Assembly (NCBI GenBank): GCA_028023455.1 | Contig: JAQFVV010000002.1 | Span: 6,696,001 to 6,760,000, forward strand | DNA: 64,000 nt | Direction: 5' to 3' | DNA from: Epiperipatus broadwayi | Lineage: Eukaryota; Animalia; Onychophora | Shown here: in pieces, positions 51,194-64,000 of the stretch | Layout of the letters: every line of letters begins with the position of its first letter | Position numbering within the stretch: the stretch's first letter is position 1 | Position numbers and translations under genes: made by a program | Notes under the pieces: model-generated | What the model was told of the DNA's origin: nothing | The model's database searches: none | Seen by the model: the letters and a program-made list of their open reading frames with translations, nothing else

Positions 51194-53110
51194 TTTGACA
51201 CATGAAAAAAAAAGTGATAAGTTGAGTTTTGATCCAGGAACATTTGTTTTCAATTTTTTTTTGTATTACTATGCTAAAACTATGTGAGATTGAATTTGTA
51301 TTTTTTTTTTATCAAATTGATACATTTTAATAGAAAGCCTTAACAAATAATGTTGTTTTAGTGCTATCCAATGGTTTATATATTTTGATTTTATTCTTGT
51401 TAAATTCTCTGTCTTGTATTTACGATCTGATTGGCTGTTATAGTAATGAGCGCGAGAGGTTTTGCAGTCTCTCAATTTAATTTCAGGTAGTTGATTTTTT
51501 TTTCTATGTTTTAAAAAAGTGATAAATTAACATCTCATTTATAAATATCAACCTATTTGAGTATAATTTTACAAGAATAGATAAATTATTTAAGGAATAT
51601 CTTAATGTGGTTCATCCTATTATTAATCATCATTTACTCTTTTTTCATAACTATATATATATATATAGGACCCTTCATTGTTCAGAAAAGCACTGCTTTC
51701 AGTTTTATATAATCATGATTGAACAATATGATGAAATATTTTGTTGCTTAACGAAATAGAAATTTCATAAATAGAAATTCTACATACTCAACTATTTCAT
51801 AATGTGGATATTTAAAAATGTGTTTATGTTTACAAAACATATATGAATTATTGAAAAAAAGTATTATATTCCAATCACTTTCTGCTAATGTAAGGTTGAT
51901 TAAAAACTCACTATTAATGCATTTATATCTAACAATTTCAATACACTTTTAAATTTCACTATGTTTTTAGTAAAATCTACAATTTCAAAAATATTATACT
52001 CACAACTTAAATAATAAATTAAAGTTGATTGTGAGATAAAAAAAATGAATAAAATATAGACATTACCTATAATTGTAGTGTGATATCAGTATATTCTAAA
52101 CTTAAAAGAAATTTTATTTTAAATATGAAATTAGAAATTATTAAGAGTAAAAAGAATTTAAATAACATTTAGCATTTGAAAGTACAATCTCAGAATGTAT
52201 GATCACTAAGATATAATTTAAAAATTATCCAAGTTCGATTAATGAAAACCAACATTACATAAATAAAAAATTAACAAAAATTTATTCAAATAAATTAAAT
52301 TCCAAAACAAAATTTCAATTTTCTCCCCAGGACAAGTTTTAATTTTAAAATAATCCCAAATTTTTTTATGATATGATAATAGGAAAAAACACTCAGAAAC
52401 AATTTTTATTTATAAAATGAAAAATCATAGAATATTTTTAAATCTTATTTATCATTTTTTTGATTATCTAATAAAAAAATTATATTGTTCAAAAATATTA
52501 CTTTACTAATGAATAGGCTTGCATATATGCTTACTTCCTTTTCTTAATTTTCTTAGTTCCTGCCACTTTTGCCTTAAACTCTAATATTTCCTAGAACTCA
52601 TACACATAAATAATAGGTGTGCACATGTGTGCAATTATATAATGTATTAAATTAGAAAAAGCACAAAGCAACATAGAGAGTGGAAGTATTAAGAGGGAAA
52701 GTAATGAAAACAATAGAAAGGGGGTTGGTAATGGAAATAATTCATTAAGTTAAGTGAGAGTTGGTGTCTTATTTAATATCAAAAACAAAAATCAGTAAAA
52801 TAATTGTGGTTTGACAGTTTTATGGCAAAAACATGACTAAAGAATGCCAAAAGCAAAATTAAGAACAAAAGGGCAGGAAATGGACACAAGGAATAATAAA
52901 AAAGTAGAAGAAATTATGTAAAAGCAAATGGAAAATCAATTAGGCAAATGGAAAATATGGGAATATATTAAGAAGCACATGAGATGTAATGTTTCCTAGG
53001 ACACTTCAAAATAATATATATACCTGTGATTCCACACATAGATAAATAGACACACATATATAAATAAGATCAGAGCCAGATATAAAGAAGAAAAGAATAA
53101 AGTATCTTAC

Positions 53111-53318
53111 AAAAATGCATGAGTAGTCCAGCGTTGGTTTCTCCCATGTCACTTGAGAAGAGCGGCATCCAGATGTTCATTCCAATGTAATTGTACAAAG
53201 ATCCAGCATTCCAGATGTCTGAAGTAGTTAATGCCAATCCAAAAGTACCTGTTTGCCCATCATACAAAGAACCCAATTGCCACAATGGAAGAAAATCTAT
53301 ACATGTTACTTTCAACAT
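53111..53318 (-). CDS. Candidate isolated coding exon, product uncertain
   Basis: About 69 open codons of higher GC (MLKVTCIDFLPLWQLGSLYDGQTGTF...GLLMHF), ending at a GTAAGA donor (53110). No neighbouring exons were established. Confidence 0.3.
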
Positions 53319-55608
53319 ATGGCATCATGAAGTCATAGACTTTACATGAATTCAAGTGTTAATCTTCTTTCATGAACTTGCTGGTAATATCTTTTATATA
53401 CTGTTATTAATAATTTCAAATATAAAGAAAGCATGATTATCTGCAAACTAATTAACCATAATTTAAAAGTAAATATGTATATGCACTAGATTTAGTATAT
53501 TTATAAAAACATTTTTTTTTTTTATTACTAACATAAATGTTTTGCTGGTCCAAATTCTTTAGTTTTACATTTTTATCTATTTTGTTTACTTGTAAAAAAT
53601 CAGATGATTAACTGTATAAAAATGTAAACACCACCCTATGTATCTTTCATAACATCCCATGTAGGGAGAGTAAGTCAAGAGTAGAAAAAATATATAAAAA
53701 AAGTTAAAAGCTTTATTGCACATTTATTTTTATTATTCTTACACAGACTTTACCCCATCTGCCACCATCTGAAGTAATGTTTTCTTGATGATTGCCAAGA
53801 AAATCAATGAAGAATACTGAATGACCTTATATTTGTTATAAATCTACATATTGGATTAGATGTTCCCCTATTAAAAATGTACTAAATTAATAATTAAATA
53901 TTATTGATTTGTTTTAAAGTATGTTTATCCATGGGGTAAATATTTATTACCTAAATTGTAAATTGCAATCCATATTCTCCGTATACATATGTATGTAATG
54001 ATGCTCTAAATGTAAAAGTAGTTCTATTTTATTAAAGTAATGGAATAGAAAAGAATTGAATATCAACTATTATGGGTTTTTAAAAATCTTTTTTATTATA
54101 ATGATATTTTAGCTATATTAATAATTCTAAAAATAAGTTTGTATATGAGCTAAATATATATAAATCCATATTTGTATTACATAGGGGTATGAGCTATGAT
54201 TATTATATAAATATTGTGCTACTTTATTTTAGCATATGTATGAATTAGATTAATGATTGTTTTTATCATGACTGTTATTGCGTTACTGCATAGGGTATGT
54301 GTCATCAGTGGTTATCTTATGCATTCTCATTTTATATATCATAATTCACCACTTATTTGTATATTCAGAGTATTCAGTGCCTGCTATTTTGGTATATGTT
54401 GCCAATGAACTCTCTTAAAATAATTCTGAATATAAAATTTATCATTGGGTTAGGTAGTGCTGTGGACTGAAGCTTCAAAACCATAAATCCTAGTGTACTT
54501 TGCATATATATACCTTCTTCTTAAGATGCACCTTTTGGTTAGAAGCAGAAACCCCCGTGCAATCTGGGACATCCCCCTCATATTATGAATTTATGACTTT
54601 AGATCACAAGATGATCCTTTGTGCCATGATAGCCAATGAACCACATATAATGAAATGCAGTCCCATGATTCTTATATATTATATTTACACTTACACCATA
54701 TATAGCATAGTTCTGTTCTATGTCTCTCTTAGCTCGGATACTGTAAGATCCATAATAATAATTTAAAGAAAGTGAAAATAATGAATGCTAATCCATAGTT
54801 TGTTGATTACTATTACTTTAATTACCTATGGATAAAACAATAAGCCACATCCTTTTATGCATGCAATTATTACTATAATCCTAAATCATCTTCATGTAAG
54901 AGACAGTAAACAACTACTTCTCCCTCTCTGTAAATAATAAAACCACCTTGTTAATCTACATTATTTTTGTTATTAATAATATATTAATGTTGTTTAATAT
55001 AAATTATCTGTTGTCATATCATTTCTGGTTAGAATCTTATAATTAATATTTAAGAATTAGATAATATAGAATCTATGTATATCCCTGAACTATGTAGGGA
55101 TCTATAAAGAATGAGAAGTTGTGTTAACATCAAGGGTGTTAATTATGTAATAGAGACTAGAGAGCCTGGACAGTTTTTAAACTAGAATCATAGGCATAGC
55201 GATACTACTATGCATGCTGGTTGAGAATATATGCTTGGTCTCTTAGTCTTGTTAGCAAATCATATAACTTACTAAGGATAGAAAATATTGAACCTTTAAA
55301 AAAAATTGAATTCAAATCACAGAAAAATAAAAATGTTAATCAGCTTTTTTTTATCTTTTGAATTCATAACTATTTTTGTTTATTTATTTTATTGAGTTAT
55401 TTCAATGTTTTGAATATTGGCTAAGAAGAGATTTTATTTATTATATATATATAATATGTAGATAATGGTTGAGTGCACTTTTGGCCAGTGAAGCTAGATT
55501 CATAGCACTTGTGAGCAGCAGGATGCATTATGTAATTTATATTGAATGCTAATAAATAAATTATTTACATATTTCATTTTTTTAGATAGTTGAACCCAAT
55601 TTTTTTTA

Positions 55609-55845
55609 ATTGATTGCATGGGAATTATTAGAAATAAACTACATCTCTTTTACCTTTCACTTTTTGTCATCATGCTCAGGGCAGATGATTTTAACATTTG
55701 CAGAGTCAAAAATGTGGCTCATCTGTTGTTCATGCTCTAAGAAGATAGACTTATATTCAGAATCATTTTTTGCACATTTGTATATGTACTTGTGTTGTGA
55801 GATTCTAGTGGCAATATTTACACAAGACTTCCTGTAGTATACAGA
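55609..55845 (-). pseudogene. GIY-YIG endonuclease fragment of another Penelope-like element
   Basis: SVYYRKSCVNIATRISQHKY..KSIFLEHEQQMSHIFDSANVKIICP...KEM*FISNNSHAIN follows the PLE pattern VYIG.T..L.TR..EH...S.L.EH....H.FD..NVKIL..E...KE..FI.....IN. Confidence 0.65.
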
Positions 55846-56036
55846 TCTACAAAAAACATTACTGCATTCAATTTCATGAATGATGTGGAAGATTTGATCC
55901 TAAGAGATTTTATCCTTTGTACTTTTTAATAGAGTATTTAAATTGGGAGGGGGAGGGAATTCTATACAATTTTTAATTTTAAATAAATATATTTACAATA
56001 GAATAAAATAAAATATTAATTAGATTTTTGTGTGAA

Positions 56037-56402
56037 CAATTCAAAACAAAGCAAAACTCTCCATATAGTAGTGCCATCTTGTGCTAACAAGAGCAATCAA
56101 TGGATGCCAGAAGGCTTGTGCATAAAATCCCTATCTAGTGCCTACTCATCCAATATCCCCAGACTAGTTTCTCAGATCCAAGGCTCCTCACTGATGAAGG
56201 CCACAAGCCAGAAACTAGTCTGGGGATATTGGATGAGTAGGCACTAGATAGGGATTTTATGCAAAAGCCTTCTGGCATCCATTGATTGCTCTTGTTAGCA
56301 CAAGATGGCACTACTATATGGAAAGTTTTGCTTTGTTTTGAATTGTTTAATAACAATTATGTGCTAGTATGAGATAGTGATCATGTGATGTTTAGTGGTT
56401 TA
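56037..56402 (+). mobile_element. HHR family 2 fold-back insertion (366 bp), 13-bp TSD
   Basis: ATTTTTGTGTGAA at 56024-56036 and 56403-56415. Inverted arms 56035-56172 and 56210-56347 (138 bp, 2 mismatches) enclose a 37-nt loop. Confidence 0.9.
56185..56226 (+). ncRNA. Type I hammerhead ribozyme (family 2)
   Basis: TCCTCA CTGATGA A GGC CACAA GCC A GAAA CTAG TC / TGGGGA: 6-bp stem I (one G.U), intact core, 3-bp stem II with an A.A closing mismatch, palindromic CTAG stem III, GUC cleavage after 56220. Confidence 0.88.
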
Positions 56403-59400
56403 ATTTTTGTGTGAATGTATATGTATAAAATTGTATATCCCAATTTTAAATATTATTAACACTATTTACAAATTTCGATTCTCATTTTTTACCAAATTAA
56501 TGTTTCATGATTTTACTGGATTTGATCAGGCATAAAGGAGGTCTTTTGTATATTGCATACTTTATTTAAATAACATTTAGAAATTAAAAATATGACAATC
56601 AATTACAATATTCTTTTGTCTGATTTTAGTAAATTTAAAAAAAGTACAGATTCTAATACTGAAGAACAGAAAAAAGCTTTTTAACACCTAAAAAAAAAAA
56701 TCCCTCTTTTTTTTAATCTGTTGCTTTTGTTAATTTATTTTAAAACATGTATGTATACTGCCATGTAGTCCTTATAAATATTATATCATAGAACAATGCA
56801 GAAAAATAAAATTAAAATCTAGCTTTTATCCTCATTTGCAATAAGTAGCAATTATATTTTTAAATGCTTTGTTAATTTTTGTAAGCCTAAGTAGGTGTAA
56901 TACTGTAAAAATATCACAACTATTTAACAACAAGGAAGCAAATTTATGTTCAATGAATGACGTAATGACTAAAAACATTCATGTAAACAGTTGATAAACA
57001 ATTATTTTTATACTCAATAAACACATCTGCAATTATATTCTGATTAAGTAGAAATTGTAATCAATTTCATGTTTTATAAACTAATATAAGGATACAAATG
57101 CATAATGTATATAAAGACATAAGATCTTTAAATAGTTTATTTATATGTAAAGATCTCTCAACACTCCATAAATAGCAGTTAAAAGAATGTTCTATTAGAT
57201 CTTGTGATCCATTTATTAAATGAAGATATCTATTACATTAATGATTTAAACAAAATTAATTGATAATTTTTATATTTTGTATTAAAACACATAAAAAAAT
57301 AATAACAAAAATAATATATATTTAGAAAACAAATCTGGAAATAAGATGTTTAGTAACCAAATCAATGCACAGTGAACATCAGTAATATTTTTATTACCAA
57401 AATCAATCTGTGGAATAAATATAAGTAATTAGAAATTCATAAAAAAACAACAACATAAAAAATATATATCCAAAAATGTATTAATTCAAATACTATATTT
57501 AAATTTGTAAAAACCATTTTTTTATATCAAGAACTGTGTTAATCAAAATTAATAAAAGTGAATAAGACCAAATGTGAATTCTTAAGAAATCACATCACAA
57601 AAATAAATTTATATAATGAGTATAAGTGATTTTAAATCCCATTAGTACAAAACATAAGTCATATAGTCCAGAAGAAAGCAAGTGATAACTATAAACCCTT
57701 AGATTAAAGTTCAAAATTTTATTCCTGGATGTCATAAAAGTACACAGAAAAAGATGAAATATTTATAGTGTATATTAAGTAAAACCATCAAATAAAATAT
57801 ATTAGTGCTAATTGCTTTTTGGAATATAATGTATTATGAATTGCATTTGGCATTAGTATAAAATATATATTTTTATTTCCATAGTTTTACTTAATAGAGT
57901 TATTGTTACCTGTGTATTTTTTATAGAGTCCATGATTTTATTTTTCCCATAAGCAAATAGGTTTTTGGAGTTTAATTTCTTATAGATTTATTATTATCAA
58001 TTATTTTCTTATAGCTTATTTTTTGCATTGTTTCACTTACTAAATTATTGTTTCTCTTTTAATATTCATTTCACAGATTGTTTATTGTAATATATTTTTG
58101 TATGTATTTGGTCTAATTGCTAAAATATTTACTTTTCATGATTTATAGATTTTTCTGAAAATGAACTGCTTTTTGAAATTTTTTATTGATGCTTTGTATT
58201 GAACCCATTTATTGCTGTCCACATCACTGTGCTTATTAATACATTACTTTTTTCTATGGATTGCTTTCTAATTTATTTTTTTGCAGATTGCTTGTGTTAA
58301 ATGTATTACTTTTATATTCTTGTGATTTTGTTTGCTTATATAATATATTATTTTTAGGTTTGTTTTCTAATATGTTAGATTATGTTCATGCTTTTATTTT
58401 ATTTTTTTATGTTTTGACCATTTATGCAAAATATAAAATTTATCAAGGGTATTTTTTTTTCTCATTAGTTATATATGGTAGTGATTCTCTCCAATAAATA
58501 GATTACAGGATTTAATAGCACTGAAGAAAGTATCATTTACCATAAATTTACTGTAAATTGTGAATATTTTTTTAATTCTCATTCTATTTTCTATACTAAA
58601 AATAATAAGGTGCTCATATAACGACTGTAAATATGCATTTCTTAGTTTGATTTTGTTCTGAGGAAATCAATAATTTTTGTTGTCTATTCTTAAGAATAAA
58701 AAAACACATCATAACAAAATATAAATTCTTCAATTTAATAACTTCACTCCCTACTTCTGTTGTTAAAAATATATCTCAATTAAAGAGTCATTCATAAAAT
58801 AATTAAATAGATTTTACTACTTGGGAATTCGCAAAACGTTTGATCACCGAAAGGACATCTGGTTGTGATCTTTGGATTTTAAGCTCAAAGTTTTTTGTAA
58901 TATCACTGCCCCACTTAATTCAGAGTAAAAAAGCCATTATGTAGAAAATTAAAATGTAACCTAATAATTAATATAAAAATATATTAATTTATTTGATTTC
59001 TAAATAAAATTATTTAAGTAGAAAGAGTAATATCATATATTTCATGTAACAAATACACCCAAATATATTATCAAGATACATTACAAGCAGATTTCAAAAA
59101 CTCATTTTTAAAAATACTCTTGTAAATGTCCACCTTTTTATAATATCAATGGCAATCTATTTTGTTAAATAAAAGTAGGGTATATTTACAAGTTTATTTT
59201 TAAAAATGAGTTTTTGATACTGTTTGCAATGTATCCTAGTAACATATTTGGATATGTTTGTTCTGTAAAATAGATTTATATTCTTAATGTTATATTTGAT
59301 TGGCCATAAAAATAATTTACATATTGATTAAAATCAAGAGTAATATTATATATATCTTATTGTTTCAAAAAGAAATACTTTAAAAGCACAAAATATCAAT

Positions 59401-61899
59401 CAAAGAATCATTCAAATAGGTTCTTTTGGAAACAGTATAGCCTAAAAATGAAAATTTATTTTTGTTTTGTATTGACATACATTTAATTGTTATGAAAGCT
59501 GATTTTAAATTTTTCAAAATTTAATGACATTTTTCAAGTCACTTCAAAAAGTTAAATTGTTTTGACAATAGTAAAAAATAAATAATTACCAGTTGTTAAA
59601 GTTTTAAGATAGTTTGTATTGATTCTTTCACTTGTTTTTGATCAATTTTCTTATTGGTCATGAATCAGAATAATATTTTAACTCATCTGTATTGTAATTT
59701 TGGAAGACCTTTGAATATAGAATTTAAATAATTTAATAATATTGGATTTTGATGAATGGAAGAAGTTATCTTAATCATTTAAATTATTAGAATTTTGAAA
59801 AAAAAAAATAGTAATGAAAACAGTCAACTTATTTCTCCTCTTCACTATTTAAATCTTCAATATATCAAAAAGTTTTTCAACTAACACTGAATTTTCATTT
59901 TAAAAATATTAAATAAAGTTTCAATATCCTTTTACTCATAAGAAGATTAATATCTTCACCACAAAGCTTCTGCAGTAAATTTAGCAAGAGCTATGCATTT
60001 AGTATTGGTTTAGTTATGATTTTCATTTCAAAGAAGCAATAAAGCTTTTTTTTTTTTTTTTTGATAATTTAAGCAATAAAGTTTTTTTAATAAGCCTTAT
60101 CACCTTAAAATCATTTCATAAAACTGTATTCAAATTATACTATTTTTTTTTTCAAAATGATTTATAGACTTATAATTTTTTACTATTTAAATTTTTCCTT
60201 ACCCAAAATTCTCAAAAGCTGATTTTGAAATTCTTAGAACTGAAAAAAAAAAGATAGCTGAGAAATCTTAAAAAATTAAAAAGAATTTTTAAGAATAATC
60301 CCTAGTAATAATTACCTTATATGATATCTTGGAAAAATAAATCTAATCTTAATTGTATCCATGAAATTTTTTTCAAAAGTTTGCCATAGATTAGGTCTAA
60401 TACAGGTTATGAAATTACTAGATAAATACCCTTTATTATTAGATATTAATTATTTTAAGTGTCACATAAAAGTTATAATCACTAGGTATTGCATTAAGTT
60501 AATTTGTAAAACAACAAATAAGTATATTTTAATGAACCATAAATATAACCTGTTAATTTTATCATCCTCTTTAATATGCATAAAAACATAGATTGAATCA
60601 ATCAAATAAATTAATATATTAAAAAACTGAAACTTAAATGAATCAAAAAACAGGATTACTTTTAACAAAATCATTATAAAATAGTAGATGTTATATTAAT
60701 TCTTTAGAATTGAAGAAATTATAATCAATCCCTTTTTTACAAAGTTTACTTTAGAAATATTTAAAAAAATACCATCAAACTATCATGTACTTAAATTTAA
60801 AAACAGTGCATGGTATATGTAAACATATTTGTAGGTCATGGATTACTTTTTATAGTTATTACAAACCTTGTTTTTAACTTTTTGCTTTTTGATTATGTAA
60901 TTATGTTTTTTATCTGGAATTATAATGTAATATATATTTACATGTGACTGCTTATAGTTTATGTTGAGTCAGAGACGAAATAGATAATCATCATTATGTC
61001 ATTATGATATAATTAAAAATTATATAATCAAATATATTTTAGTCAGATAAAAATTTAATTCCATTTATTTCCTCATCAATTGATATATTTTATTTATTAA
61101 TAAGTTTTGTTATTTTCAAAAAAGAGTTTTATTTTTTTGTTTATTAATTATAATATTGCTGATTATAGTTTACATATATTTTTAAATTATTTTTGTTGAT
61201 GTTTTAATATATATCATTTTCAAATAATATTGTAGCATAAGTATGTATATGCCTCTACTATATATATTTGATTACAGAAAAGAATTTTCTGTTAACACAC
61301 AAAAAAAAATCCTTTTATTTTCTCTTTGGCATTCTAAAAAACAAAGCAGGAAAAATTCCTAATGTTCATTTCATGCATTTTTGACATTATTACTATAGGC
61401 TAATCACTAAAATTTATTACTCAGTATGGTAACTTTAGGTTTTTTACCTCTGAGTTTAAGACAAATATACTATGGTATTTCTTCTGAATTCTGTGGTATT
61501 TTTTAAATTGAAACATTTATTGAATTTTCTTGATGCAAGGGAAATGTATTGATGAATGTTTTTTTAAAAAAATATAAAGTCTTCAGTGTAGGCAACTAAT
61601 GCCATTAAAAAGCAGAGATTGCTAAAAATCACTAATCATGAATTCATATTACTGTATGACAATGACATTTTATTTAATTATCTACATTTTTTTGAGTAAA
61701 AGGAAATTACATAAATTATAAGAAATATTTAATATTAAATGTGACATTGTTAAAAATTTGTTAAGTTATAAAAAAAAAAAGAAAAGACAATTCATTTTAA
61801 AAGTGGCCACATTTTTTACTACAAAACATAAATTTTGATAACACAAGTGAAGTGGGATTCAGTATAAATAAAAAGTGAAAACAATATTGTGGACATGGA

Positions 61900-63930
61900 T
61901 TATTTAACTTAATGAAAGTTACCAAGTGCAGATAATTCAGATTTATGCCCCAACAATTTTTGCTGTGATAAAAAAGTAGAGAACATCTATGTAGATGTAC
62001 AAAATGATTTTAATAAGATAAAACAATCATTTAACATTGTCACATAAGACATTATTGCTAGAACTGTAAAATGATTAAAAGATGATAATGTTGTGGATAC
62101 ATTTGGTTATGGTATCATAAATGAGAGAGAAAACTGATTTGTAGAATTTTCAGAAAAAAAGACTATGATTTTTTTTATAAAAATGCTAAATGCAAATATA
62201 TATGTAAACGTTTAAATAAAAATATAGAAAAATTAGATTATACTTTGATTAACAGAAAATATTTATTTTAAGATAGTAATGTTTTCATAGATTCAATATA
62301 GATTAGTAAGACATAAAATACATGCTAAGGCAAATGAGAGAGAGATAAAAGTAGTTTAACAATTGATATTTCTAACCTGCAAACACACCTCAATTTAAAT
62401 CAGATCTTGCTAATCATTTTAGAATACAGATAAAATTTGAAAATTGTTCAAACTTATTTGAGGCCAATAAGAAGATAAATTTATAACTAAAACCATGAAA
62501 ATGAATTTAAAAAAGCAGCATTTCATGAGTAACTATTTCACTGATATAAAACAATATATCAAAAAAAAAGGAGTATAAAAGTATTTTAAAATATCCATTA
62601 AAAGATCAAAAATCTGAATTTCTATAAAATATCATTAAAAAAATTAATAATGATACAAGAAAGTATGTCTATAAATTGGCAACGAAAGCTAAATAAAACA
62701 AAAGTTTTGACAGCATAAATAATAAGAAAAAATTTGCTTCAAAAATAAGAAGAAAAAAAAATGGAACTATTGCTTAAAAAAGAATGGTATCAAGAATGTG
62801 TGAAAGAACTATATAAAAAATTATGTAGGAGTAAATAAAAAAATAAACACTATAATTAATAATTTTTATAAACTGCCAAGTATGTTCTAAATGAAGAAGT
62901 GAGAAATCCAGTTATACCTATAATAGAGGTAAAAGCTCCAGGAAATTGATATTTTAAAAAAAGAAAATGAATTTAAAAACTATTAGAAAAATTTAATACC
63001 CAAAATCTAAATGATAAGTTACTAGATAATCATAAGTGATCTACACTTTGGACTTAAACCAAATAAAAAAGGAAGCTGTATTTAAAAGTGATTTTAACAT
63101 TGTGGATTATATCCAAGTACTGAAAAAAGTTACTTAAAAAAACAAAAAATATAGATTTCCATTATGCTTAGAATTTGTAGATTATGAAAAAATATTTAAT
63201 CTTGTAAACATTTCCACAGTCTGAATCATCAAAAATAAACTCCAAATGTTATTTTCTGAATAATATTTATTAAAATGTAAGAGCAGTGATTAGATTATAA
63301 AGTGATAGTAAAAAGATTAACATTGATAAGAGTTTGTGACAATATGATTCCATAACTTCAAAATTACCTACAGCAATTTTAAACTAAAGATCAACATTTC
63401 AAGCTAATGTACATACACTTTTTCTATGAATGTTAATAATAAATTTAAAGTGATTGGTTTATCTTCACGCTTTTATTTCCAGTGCTTAAGATTTTCCCAT
63501 ACTTAAGCATTTGGGTTGAAAGAATAGGTGGATTCTTTCTATTCTTTCGCAAAAACTTTATCTTGTGTTGGAAATGAAAGTATAACATTCATAAAAAAGT
63601 GCATATACATTAGCTTGAAATGCTGATTTTTAGTTTATTACATTTATATACATCGTGCTATATAAATAAATATCTCATCTACAGCAGTTTTGTAAAAAGT
63701 ATTTTGTGGATTCATATGGGAAGATCATAAACATTATTTAAACCATGTAAGTTTTGCAGATGATGTAACTGCTTTTCCAAATAATAATTCAGAACTTCAG
63801 AAAATATTGCAAAAGTTATCATGAAAATAATAAATTAGGACTAATAATAAATACTAAAAAAAATTAATAGAAGTTAACTGCAAATATGTTGAACAAGTCA
63901 GTAATACAGATTAAAACATAATAGATGAAA
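61900..63930 (+). mobile_element. Second highly decayed RTE-like LINE
   Basis: QIIQIYAPT (61929-61955), VLNEEVRN..KAPGN (about 62883-62946), LCLEFVDYEKIFNLV (about 63162-63206), LNHVSFADDV (FADD at 63753-63764). Related to the 11.3-13.3 kb copy. Confidence 0.8.
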
Positions 63931-64000
63931 TTAGGTAATAGTATGAATACTGAACCCTACCACTTGATGGCATTGTTTTTCACACAACGCACATCAATAT

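Noticed and set aside
56032-56356. Two near-identical ORFs on opposite strands (56032-56247 and 56135-56356)
   Set aside because: They are mirror products of the palindrome and have no recognisable motif.

Overview
This is a very AT-rich, CpG-depleted eukaryotic (probably invertebrate) window made almost entirely of decayed transposable elements, with no intact host gene. It contains a near full-length L1/Tx1-like LINE (4.4-10 kb, minus) and a remnant of a relative (30.7-32 kb). It also holds two RTE-like LINE remnants, a third APE-RT LINE (13.5-16.9 kb), a Ty3/Gypsy gag-pol remnant (20.6-24.3 kb), a Penelope-like element (PLE) with GIY-YIG endonuclease and inverted ends (24.4-28.8 kb), TIR-type DNA-transposon ends, tRNA-derived SINE heads and minisatellites. 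The most striking unannotated signal is a set of type I hammerhead ribozyme (HHR) motifs. Family 1 is a non-coding repeat with at least 7 copies, including a head-to-tail pair with a 488-nt ribozyme-to-ribozyme period plus an inverted copy, which is retrozyme-like. Family 2 is a young 366-bp insertion with a 13-bp target-site duplication (TSD) whose 138-bp fold-back hairpin has a near-canonical HHR at its centre. A third HHR core lies in the PLE terminal repeats. All calls were made by eye; no folding or database searches were run.
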